A stretch of 64,000 bases of DNA from a virus (taxonomy: Duplodnaviria; Caudoviricetes): the IMG/VR virus record IMGVR_UViG_2038011000_000015, positions 29,145-93,144 of that record; one strand, written 5' to 3'. Below, piece after piece: positions 51,072-59,075 of the stretch. A program made the position numbers and the translations under genes. The notes beneath the pieces are model-generated. The model saw nothing but the letters and a program-made list of their open reading frames with translations, searched no databases and was not told where the DNA came from. Position 1 is the stretch's first letter; the number at the start of each line of letters is the position of its first letter.

Positions 51072-51084
51072 GAAGGAAGGGCCA

Positions 51085-51414
51085 ATGTCGAGACGAATCA
51101 CAAATCAACTCAATATCACTGACCGTGAGCTAGCCGCGGAGGCATTGAAGCTCGCGGATTGCAAGTTCGAACAGCATGGTGAGCATACGCTGTTCATTGC
51201 CTCTGGGATGTTCCGTCACGCCACTGTGGACCTGAAGACTGGTACAATCACGGGTGACTCTGACTATGGTCATTCGGAGGAATCGTTCGGGCTCTTGCGG
51301 CAGTATTACGCGGAGGCTCAGATCCGCCTCGAATGCCTCAAGAACGGCACGACCATCGAGGAGAAGCAGACGGATTCCGAGGGGAACATCATCCTCTTGG
51401 CGCACATGGCGTGA
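51085..51414 (+). CDS. DUF1257 (Ycf35-like) protein
   Basis: MSRRITNQLNITDRELAAEALK...LRQYYA....L...KNG...EKQTDSEGNIIL follows the MSH...I.D...L..AL...L.Q.YA...G...E...DG.I.L pattern. Confidence 0.7.
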   Translation: MSRRITNQLNITDRELAAEALKLADCKFEQHGEHTLFIASGMFRHATVDLKTGTITGDSDYGHSEESFGLLRQYYAEAQIRLECLKNGTTIEEKQTDSEGNIILLAHMA

Positions 51415-51456
51415 TCAAGTAGCGCAAGCAATTGTCATCATCGTCGTTCGTTATGG

Positions 51457-51492
51457 CGAAGCCTCGTGGGTGCCCCTGCGGGGCTTCGTTTT
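51457..51492 (+). terminator. Rho-independent terminator
   Basis: CGAAGCCTCGTGGG-TGCC-CCTGCGGGGCTTCG forms a 14-bp stem (with GU pairs) followed by TTTT. Confidence 0.7.
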
Positions 51493-51519
51493 GAAAACTC
51501 AAAGTTTAAAGCATAGATC

Positions 51520-53067
51520 ATGTCTCACGAGTTCAGCTTCTACCTCAACTGCATCACACGGCTCATCTATGTTGTGACCGATGAAGAGGACCGTTTTCTC
51601 AACCAGCTGCGAGATGGTCTGCGAGCTGAGGGACAGGTTGATAATGTGCGTGTCTACAATGCGGCCTTTGGGTTGCTAAAGCTCAGCGACTTGTTGGACG
51701 ATTGGCGTCGGCGGGAGCACAAGATCGACAAGGATACGCTGAGTATCCATGATGCGCTGACAACCATCTATAAGGACAACGGGACTTTAGCCAGCAAGTA
51801 CTACGTGCTCACTGATCCGGAGCGTTGGCTAGCCGATCTCCACGTGCAGCGGCGCATTCTGAACCTCCTGCATCAGATGCACAACGACTCGGACACCGCG
51901 AAGGTCCTGATCTGCGTGAGCGGTAGGCGGTTCATTCCGGAGAAGCTCGCGCGCTATACCGAGGTTGTTTACGATGCGGGGTTAGGGGCGGATGAGATTC
52001 TGAAGGTGGCGGTTGAGACATGTGCAGCGCTAGACACCCCGGTTCCGGGTGGCGTTGAAGAGATGTTCAAGGGGCTCACCTCGTTCGAGGTGCAAGCGGC
52101 GGTCATTCAAGGCTACAAGCGCGATGGGCTCAAAGATCGGAACGCGTTGGCTCGCTACCGGTTTCGCCAGCTCAAGAAGACCGACCTGGTTCAGTTCGTT
52201 GACTCCAACACTACGCTTGACCAAGTTGGGGGAGCGGCGCGGTTGAAGAAGTGGGCTGAGGTGATGCGCGCCGCGTGGACCCCTGAGGGTTTGGCTTTCG
52301 GGCTCGAACCACCCAAGGGGGTGTTGCTCGTTGGTGTGTGGGGAAGCGGAAAATCGATTAGCGCGAAGGCGTTGGGGGCGACCTGGGGATTGCCGGTGAT
52401 TCAGCTTGAGATGGGCAAGCTGCGAACCGCTGAGGTGGGTGGCACTGAGGCCAATGTGTATCGGGCGATTCGCATCATCGAAGCCATGGCGCCTTGTCTG
52501 ATCTGGGTGGATGAAGCTGAGAAGACCATGGCGGGCAGTCATTCAAGCTCGCACACGGACGCTGGAACCACGAGTCGAGCCATCGGTATCTTTTCGACAT
52601 GGCTCGCAGAGACCAAGGCTCCGGTGTGCCTTGCGATGACGGCGAACTCGCTCAAGACCTTGCCGGTAGAGTTTGTGAACCGCATGGACGATCGGTGGTT
52701 CTTTGACCTGCCGTCTACGGAGGACCGGATCGACATTCTGAAGATACACATGAGTAAACGACGTCAGGACCCGAAGCGGTTTGATCTCGCTGCGCTTGCC
52801 GAGCGGGCCAAGCTTCTGGTGGGCCGTGAAATCGAGCAGGCGATCAAGGCAGCGCTCATCACAAGCTTCTGCGCCGGGAAGAAGGCATTAGACGAGGATC
52901 TTCTCGCGATTGAGCTTGAGCGCAAGCCGCGCATCGTGAAGACCATGGTAGCCGAGATCAATGAGACCCTAGAATGGGTGGGGTTTGATCCTGAGGTAGA
53001 CGATGGGGTTCGAGCGCGGTTTGCCGCTGATCCTTCGGGACGCGATCGCGCTTTTACGATCTCTTAG
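51520..53067 (+). CDS. Ycf46-like AAA+ ATPase
   Basis: Inactive N-terminal AAA-like domain (LIYVVTDEE.R). LDQVGG...LK.W, PKGVLLVGVWGSGKS, LIWVDEAEK, TANS..TLP.E, FDLP...R..I...H. Confidence 0.85.
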   Translation: MSHEFSFYLNCITRLIYVVTDEEDRFLNQLRDGLRAEGQVDNVRVYNAAFGLLKLSDLLDDWRRREHKIDKDTLSIHDALTTIYKDNGTLASKYYVLTDPERWLADLHVQRRILNLLHQMHNDSDTAKVLICVSGRRFIPEKLARYTEVVYDAGLGADEILKVAVETCAALDTPVPGGVEEMFKGLTSFEVQAAVIQGYKRDGLKDRNALARYRFRQLKKTDLVQFVDSNTTLDQVGGAARLKKWAEVMRAAWTPEGLAFGLEPPKGVLLVGVWGSGKSISAKALGATWGLPVIQLEMGKLRTAEVGGTEANVYRAIRIIEAMAPCLIWVDEAEKTMAGSHSSSHTDAGTTSRAIGIFSTWLAETKAPVCLAMTANSLKTLPVEFVNRMDDRWFFDLPSTEDRIDILKIHMSKRRQDPKRFDLAALAERAKLLVGREIEQAIKAALITSFCAGKKALDEDLLAIELERKPRIVKTMVAEINETLEWVGFDPEVDDGVRARFAADPSGRDRAFTIS

Positions 53068-53084
53068 GGAACGAACGGTGGCGT

Positions 53085-54212
53085 ATGTCTGACCTGATTC
53101 GGATCCAAGAGATTGCAGCGCTCGAGCCTCCAAAGCAACGAGCGGACCTAGTTCGCGTACGGCTCGCCATTCATGCTCATGCGTCGTTGCAGCGGTTGTT
53201 CGATGGTGCTGCGGCGCAGCGATGGTCTACGGAGCGCTTGGCGACTGAGTTGGAGTGTGAGCTGTTGCGGCTTGATGTGAATGTGGCGCCCGCTGTGTGC
53301 CATTATGTTGCGCAGGAGTTTCTGGTTCGGGACAAGAGCGCCACACTTTTGGTGTCCGCTCAAACGGGGCTTGCGGTGGCTCAGGTTCCTAGCGAGGCTA
53401 TTTATGTGCCAGAGCCGGTTGCACGTGAGGGCACAGATGCCGTGGCAACACCGCTGCCGCGTCTTCGACCCGAGATTGAGGCAGCCATCATTGAGCGGCA
53501 GAATGCGGTAGCGGAAGAGCGGTTGTTGTTGGCAAAGCTGGCCGACCGCGCCCACAGTACCGAGCTGCAGAGATCTGACGGCGATGCGCGGCTGCACATT
53601 GCGACCCGTAGTGGCCGAAGGAAGCTTGCGCGCCAGCTGCGGGATGAGCTGCCACGGCTCTTTGCGGACCACTCGGGCACCGTGGGGCGGCTTTTTGCTC
53701 GGTGTCGGGTCAATGACGAGGTTCCGCGTACCTATGGGACCCATGTTTCCCTGGAGCTTCGTGGGCATGTCTCGCTGCTTGTTGCGGACTCGCTGGCGAT
53801 GAACTTCCGGCACGACCCGTATGGGGCGGCTCGAGAGCGCATTCGGGCCGCTTGGGCTCGGCATCTTGCTCAGGCGGTCACCGGGATAGCGCACAAGGCA
53901 GGGAGCGCGCGTGAGGTCACCACCAAGGGTGCGCTGCCGCCAGGGCTGTTGATCGGACCGCCGGATCTGGCTGTGCTGGATCGCGCCCTGGAGGTGTTGC
54001 CGGTTGACAACGCACTGTCAACCGTAGTGGCTGGTGAGCTGTACATGGATGTTAGAGATGATGGTTATGTGCTCGAGGCTTATGAGGCCGCCGCACGATG
54101 GTGTATCGATACTACGGTGACGGTTGATCTGTACCTCGACGCCAGACGGCTTCATCCGTTGGTGTTCACCGATTTGGTGGAGTCAGCGATCGTCGCGGAG
54201 GTTATCTCGTAG
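53085..54212 (+). CDS. hypothetical protein, possible degenerate HK97-fold capsid paralog
   Basis: IATRSGRRKLARQL...DHSGTVGRLF recalls the T..GR.KLA..M..P....DY..VGR..F N-terminal motif I associate with some large-phage major capsid proteins. Unverified. Confidence 0.35.
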   Translation: MSDLIRIQEIAALEPPKQRADLVRVRLAIHAHASLQRLFDGAAAQRWSTERLATELECELLRLDVNVAPAVCHYVAQEFLVRDKSATLLVSAQTGLAVAQVPSEAIYVPEPVAREGTDAVATPLPRLRPEIEAAIIERQNAVAEERLLLAKLADRAHSTELQRSDGDARLHIATRSGRRKLARQLRDELPRLFADHSGTVGRLFARCRVNDEVPRTYGTHVSLELRGHVSLLVADSLAMNFRHDPYGAARERIRAAWARHLAQAVTGIAHKAGSAREVTTKGALPPGLLIGPPDLAVLDRALEVLPVDNALSTVVAGELYMDVRDDGYVLEAYEAAARWCIDTTVTVDLYLDARRLHPLVFTDLVESAIVAEVIS

Positions 54213-54285
54213 GGAAAGCCTTTGTTGTGAGCCTGATTCAAAGGAGCTTAGGTTGGCAATCTCGCGAGACCCCGAAGCTAAGAAA

Positions 54286-54546
54286 ATGGCCCTTCGGGAC
54301 CTCCTTCAATACTTTCGACGCGAGCCAACTTCTCTTTACCGTATAGGACCGATCTCTCTTTGGCTCAGGGGAGGTTATCCAATCGAACAGCTTGAAGCGT
54401 TGTTCGAGGGATTGGTGGATGCTGGGATCGTTCGCCACGCCACACGAGAAGAGCTGCGTGAGTACGGGTACAATCACGGGTATTTTTTGACTCCCGAGGG
54501 ACTTGAGGGTCTTCCGCCTGAGGATCGTTCATACGGCGTCATTTGA
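54286..54546 (+). CDS. small winged-helix-like protein (alternative TTG start 54253)
   Basis: LE..FEGLVDAGIVRH...GYFLTPEG is a wHTH-type wing motif. Confidence 0.5.
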   Translation: MALRDLLQYFRREPTSLYRIGPISLWLRGGYPIEQLEALFEGLVDAGIVRHATREELREYGYNHGYFLTPEGLEGLPPEDRSYGVI

Positions 54547-54577
54547 GCGCTTAAACGCTTTGTACGGCTGACAGGGG

Positions 54578-55264
54578 ATGCAACCACATCCATCTGAACG
54601 GGACGGTACAGTGTTGACAGAGAAACGACGGCAGAAAGTTATTAGTAAGTTGAGTAGCCAGATGTCTGACAATGAGATTGCGCTAAAGTGTGGGGTGAGC
54701 CGATCTACGGTCTGGCGGATTCGTCATGACGAGGCTGCGAAAGAGGCGAAGCGTAAGCGTGCTCTCGCTCGAATGAAAGCGAAGGAGAAGCGCGCAAAGG
54801 TAGAGGCGCCCCGAGCTGTTCCCATGCCACCGCTCGCGCCGCCCGCGGAGACTGTTGAGCGGTCGGTGCTCCCCAAGGTGGATGCAGAGCCCGTCACCAT
54901 GGGAAGCTACTTTGCGGTGCAAATTCTGAAGGGAGAGTCAGTGAAAGACGTCGCCTATGCGGTCATGGAGATGGCTGAGAGTGCCAAGGCGTTGTTTCGG
55001 AAGCTGCAGATCCTTGGTTGCATAACCGTAGGGACGACACCGTTCGCGAGGTTTCGATCGGATCTGGGTGACCCTGTCGCGGTCTTAAAGGGTTCCAACC
55101 GTGGGTGCATCGCTTTCGTGGACGGTGCATACCGTGTGTTGTTTGATGGGCGGCAGGTAAAGCATCCAACGGCGGTCATGTTGTCGGCACATCGGGCTGG
55201 CTTTGGGCAAATTTATGCCGGGCCGAAGATTGCCCGCTGGCGTGCACAGTTCCGAACCAATTAA
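54578..55264 (+). CDS. helix-turn-helix DNA-binding protein
   Basis: MSDNEIALKCGVSRSTVWRIR is an HTH, followed by a basic helix. Confidence 0.7.
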   Translation: MQPHPSERDGTVLTEKRRQKVISKLSSQMSDNEIALKCGVSRSTVWRIRHDEAAKEAKRKRALARMKAKEKRAKVEAPRAVPMPPLAPPAETVERSVLPKVDAEPVTMGSYFAVQILKGESVKDVAYAVMEMAESAKALFRKLQILGCITVGTTPFARFRSDLGDPVAVLKGSNRGCIAFVDGAYRVLFDGRQVKHPTAVMLSAHRAGFGQIYAGPKIARWRAQFRTN

Positions 55265-55287
55265 TGCTTCTTTGTTGCCCCTGAGGT

Positions 55288-56041
55288 ATGCGTGTAGCGG
55301 CTGTGCAGTTCTGCCCCGTCTTTCGGGATCAGGCGGGCAACATCAAGCGCCTGGCTGGTCTGATCACACGGGCTGCTCAAAACGGCGCGAAGCTGGTGGT
55401 GCTCCCCGAGTTGTGCACGACTGGCTATTCCTTCATGAGTCGAGCAGAAGCCGAGCCCTACGCTGAGGTTTTGGAATACCCCTCCACAGCCCCCAACAGT
55501 AGTTTTCGAGTCTTCCGTGCATTAGCGCTAAAGTACTCGATTCATATCGTGTGGGGACTGGTTGAAAAGGGCGTAGGGGTCGGCAACCTCTTTAATAGCC
55601 AGGTGCTGATGTGTCCCGATGGGACCTTTGAGGCGTATCAGAAGATCAATCGGTTTGCCAATGACTGGTTATGGGCGACGCAAGGGCGGGCGAGTCCCCC
55701 GGTGCGTAGCTGCACTGTTGACGGTAGACAGTATCGGATTGGGCTGTTGATCTGCAGAGACGTCCGAGACAAGAGTGACGAGCACGCGAGCCTTTATGAG
55801 CCAGGTGACGCCGACGTCGTAGCGTTCTCAGCGTCATGGGGCGATGGCGGGTTTCCGGCCACGGCTTGGCTAAGCTTTGCCAAGAACAACAAAGCGACGC
55901 TTGTGGTGTCCAATCGGTATGGGCAGGAGCAGAACAACGATTTCGGCGAGGGGGGAGGTCTGCGTTATCCGCCCGGATCAATCGGTTGCCTGTGAGGGTT
56001 TGATCTGGAGTCAGGACTGCCTGGTTTACGATGAAGTATAG
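55288..56041 (+). CDS. carbon-nitrogen hydrolase (nitrilase superfamily amidase); +1 frameshift at G-run ~55950-55958
   Basis: MRVAAVQF, VLPEL (Glu), YQK (Lys), GLLICRD (Cys) form the catalytic triad, plus VSNRYG. Removing one G gives FGEGGVCVIRPD...YDEV* ending at 56041. The unshifted ORF stops at 55995. Confidence 0.88.
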
Positions 56042-56160
56042 GCTTGCGCATGGACCAGTCGCCCTTGCAAACCGGACCCCAAGGACAATCGTTGTGGGAG
56101 AGGTTGCTTGCGCTGTGGAGCTGGCTCTGGCGACTTCGGGATAGAGCAGCGGACGACAAC

Positions 56161-56166
56161 GGTGTA
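56161..56166 (+). promoter_or_regulatory. GGTGTA motif copy (N9-ATG)
   Basis: CGGTGTAG exactly 9 nt before ATG 56176. Confidence 0.6.
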
Positions 56167-56175
56167 GCGCTCAAC

Positions 56176-57444
56176 ATGGCGACACCTTTAGACGGGAAAT
56201 GCAGCTTCTGTAAGCGTCCGCGAAACGAGGTAAAGAAGCTTGTGGCTGGGGCGTCCGAGGATGTTCACATCTGCGATCGTTGTGTCGCAAACATCGGCAC
56301 CGTGCTGTCGAAGCTCAAGGTAGATGCGAGAAGGTCCTCGGCACCAGCAACGCAGGAGTCGGCGCTGAAGAAACCGCGTGAGATTGTGGAGTTCCTTTCA
56401 CGGTCTGTGATCAGCCAAGACGAGGCCAAGCGCGAGATCGCGATCGCGGTATACGAGCACTACCGCCGCCGGCAGGTTGTTCAATCGGGCGGTGTGATTC
56501 AGCTCGATGGTGAGCCCGTGGAGCTTGAGAAGAGCAACATCCTGATGCTTGGTCCGTCCGGGACGGGAAAGACCGCGCTCGCACGCGCGGTGGCCAAGAT
56601 GCTCGAGGTTCCCTTCTACGTGGGTGACGCGACCCGTCTAACCCAAGCGGGCTATGTCGGAGATGATGTTGAGTCGCTTCTACAGGGACTGCTCGCGGAT
56701 GCCGGCAATGATATTCAACGAGCCCAGTGGGGAATCGTGTTCATTGACGAGGTCGATAAGCTGGCTCGTAAATCCGGACGCAACGCATCGGGCTATCGTG
56801 ATGTATCCGGCGAAGGCGTCCAGCAGTCGCTACTCAAGCTCATTGAGGGGTCCGTTGTCCCGCTCCAAAAGGGGCGAGGCACAACCACTCCCACCACAAC
56901 GATGATCGACACCACGAACATTCTCTTCATTTGCGCTGGGTCGTTCGCTGGCGTTGAAGACATCATCGCACAGCGACTCAACAAGGGAACGCGGGTGGGT
57001 TTCGGTGGAGACCTACGTCGCGAGTACAGCAAGAGCGCGCTCTATTCAGCAGTGACCGTCGAAGATGTCCAAGACTTTGGGCTGATTCCCGAGCTTGTTG
57101 GGCGGCTCCCGGTGTTGACCTCGACGTATGAGCTGACCGAGGAAGAGATGGTCGAGATTCTCACGGCGCCGATGAATTCTCTCTGCAAGCAGTTCCAAGC
57201 GCTGTACTTGCTGGACGGGATCGATCTCCAGTTCGAGCCAGCGGCCTTGCGAGAGATTGCTCGTGAGGCCAAGCGACGTTCGACCGGCGCTCGAGCGCTG
57301 CGGTCGATTCTCAAGTCTGTATTGAAGCCGTACTCGTATGAGGCTCCCAACGACTCCGATATCGTGGCCATCCGCATCACCAAGGAGGCGGTGACCCATC
57401 CAGGAGCCGCCATTGTTGTGCGTCGCTCGATCGCGCAAGGCTAG
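56176..57444 (+). CDS. clpX: ATP-dependent Clp protease ATP-binding subunit ClpX (possible longer start at 56050)
   Basis: CSFC...ICDRC zinc domain, KSNILMLGPSGTGKT, GYVG pore-1, FIDEVDK, RDVSGEGVQQ.LLK, VGF ClpP-docking loop, TGARALRS. Confidence 0.93.
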   Translation: MATPLDGKCSFCKRPRNEVKKLVAGASEDVHICDRCVANIGTVLSKLKVDARRSSAPATQESALKKPREIVEFLSRSVISQDEAKREIAIAVYEHYRRRQVVQSGGVIQLDGEPVELEKSNILMLGPSGTGKTALARAVAKMLEVPFYVGDATRLTQAGYVGDDVESLLQGLLADAGNDIQRAQWGIVFIDEVDKLARKSGRNASGYRDVSGEGVQQSLLKLIEGSVVPLQKGRGTTTPTTTMIDTTNILFICAGSFAGVEDIIAQRLNKGTRVGFGGDLRREYSKSALYSAVTVEDVQDFGLIPELVGRLPVLTSTYELTEEEMVEILTAPMNSLCKQFQALYLLDGIDLQFEPAALREIAREAKRRSTGARALRSILKSVLKPYSYEAPNDSDIVAIRITKEAVTHPGAAIVVRRSIAQG

Positions 57445-57454
57445 GCTCCCGTCT

Positions 57455-57460
57455 GGTGTA
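57455..57460 (+). promoter_or_regulatory. GGTGTA motif copy (N9-ATG)
   Basis: TGGTGTAA exactly 9 nt before ATG 57470. Confidence 0.6.
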
Positions 57461-57469
57461 ATTGTGGAA

Positions 57470-58303
57470 ATGCAAAGACTGCCGCGCAGTGGCTTGATCG
57501 AGCGAGTTCCCTATAGCCTGTCGCGATATACGGACCTGCCGGGCACGACACCCAAGTGGCGCTGGTTTGAGGAATGCCTCTCGATCCAGCGGATGATCGC
57601 TTTCGACCCCAAGACCAGCACTCCAAGTGTTTGGTCGTTGGCTCCGAGCGACACCTTGTCTCTTGTGTTCTGGACTAAGGATCCTACCAACCTCATAGCT
57701 AGCCAATTGAGGCTACAGCCGTACAACGTCGTCATACACATGACGGCCACGGGGTGGCGTGAGGTCGAAAAGGGCGTGCCCATCATCGCGGAAGCAGGGC
57801 GGCTCCTCGTGGAGGCCAGTCGGGCATTCTCTCGTGTGCACTGGCGGTTCAGTCCTATACCGCTGATTTCAGATCAACTCGTGATCGAGCGCTTCAAGCG
57901 GCTACTAGACTTCGCGGTACAGGCGGGGCGCGAAGAGGTCTATGTGTCGTTTCTCCAGCCGAACGACATGATCGCGGAGACTCGCTCGGCCGGAGCGCGA
58001 TTTGATCTGCTCAATCGGCTGTCCGAGGTGGCGCGGCCGCTGCGCGTGGTGCTGTGTAAGGATGATCGCTCGCTCGACGAGTGGCAGGGAGCGCGATACT
58101 CATTAGGCCCGTGCGTGCCCACATCAGACTTCCGTGTGGGAGAGTTATCGCTGGAATCGTGTGAGTGTGTGTCGATGGTCGATCCGTTCAGCCTCAATGA
58201 GTCGTGCGGCTACGCGTGTCAGTACTGTTATGCCGGGGATAAGGCGCTAGCGGCGCGAAAACGCAACTCGGTCCGTGGCCTCCCACTGTACCGGGATCGC
58301 TGA
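57470..58303 (+). CDS. DUF1848-family radical-SAM-like protein
   Basis: SLSRYTDLP...WF, VFWTKDP, WRFSPI, C-terminal C.C....D...C.YAC.YCYA. Confidence 0.8.
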   Translation: MQRLPRSGLIERVPYSLSRYTDLPGTTPKWRWFEECLSIQRMIAFDPKTSTPSVWSLAPSDTLSLVFWTKDPTNLIASQLRLQPYNVVIHMTATGWREVEKGVPIIAEAGRLLVEASRAFSRVHWRFSPIPLISDQLVIERFKRLLDFAVQAGREEVYVSFLQPNDMIAETRSAGARFDLLNRLSEVARPLRVVLCKDDRSLDEWQGARYSLGPCVPTSDFRVGELSLESCECVSMVDPFSLNESCGYACQYCYAGDKALAARKRNSVRGLPLYRDR

Positions 58304-58306
58304 GGT

Positions 58307-58567
58307 ATGAGCACTGATCTTGATTCTCCGAACTTTTCGGATGCGGAAGCGGAGAACGCCATTCAAGTGGACTCGGTAGACTGCGTGATCGCGGAGCTAA
58401 GAGAGAGACGTTGCGAGCAGTGCGAAGACCGATTGTTCCCTACTTTGCACGAACAGCTACGGCGCTCTGGCGCGCTGTACTGGCGGGTGAGACTTGCGTG
58501 CTCACGTAAGCATCGGGCGTCTTTGGTGTTTAAGGTGGGTTCTCATCAAGCGCTGCTGCCTACTTGA
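58307..58567 (+). CDS. small zinc-ribbon-like protein
   Basis: CEQC...C...H; start follows GAGG. Confidence 0.55.
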   Translation: MSTDLDSPNFSDAEAENAIQVDSVDCVIAELRERRCEQCEDRLFPTLHEQLRRSGALYWRVRLACSRKHRASLVFKVGSHQALLPT

Positions 58568-58595
58568 CTTGTGAGATCTAGCTATTAGGGGCCGA

Positions 58596-58626
58596 TTGAC
58601 GTGCAATGAGGCTCTCTATATATGAT
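58596..58626 (+). promoter_or_regulatory. possible sigma70-type promoter
   Basis: TTGACG at 58596 with TATATG (17-nt spacer) or TATGAT (19-nt spacer) in an AT-rich gap. Confidence 0.35.
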
Positions 58627-58667
58627 TGCGCTTCTATTTGGCCTACCACTTAGGTAGGGAGGTAACT

Positions 58668-59063
58668 ATGCCTTGTGCTTGCTGTAACAGCAGTCCCTGT
58701 GATTGCGTCGGAGCCGGCGTGCCTGAGCGGGTGACGCGCTGCGATCGCTACGTGCCGGGGACCGAGAACGTCTGGGTGGAGAGAGGCTGCAGTGCCAACG
58801 ATGTCACCGCTCGGGGTGTCTGCATGTTGGATACGATGACTGACGCGCAGATTTCTTATTGTCTTGAGAGAGATGAACGGGCACGTGCCGATCTATTGGC
58901 CGTCACATCTGATCCTCGCCTGCTTGAGCTAGCTCGCACTGTTCCGCAGCTCCCCAAGGTTGAACTCACGGATGTAGAGCAAGCTCTACTGAACCAGCCG
59001 AACAACGTCGGTTCGATCCCGTTCTATGCTCTGTTCCGTGGACAGCCGCCATTCGCGCAGTAA
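58668..59063 (+). CDS. Cys-rich hypothetical protein
   Basis: SD AGGGAGGT; N-terminus MPCACCNSSPCDC. Confidence 0.65.
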   Translation: MPCACCNSSPCDCVGAGVPERVTRCDRYVPGTENVWVERGCSANDVTARGVCMLDTMTDAQISYCLERDERARADLLAVTSDPRLLELARTVPQLPKVELTDVEQALLNQPNNVGSIPFYALFRGQPPFAQ

Positions 59064-59075
59064 GCCGAGAGAACT

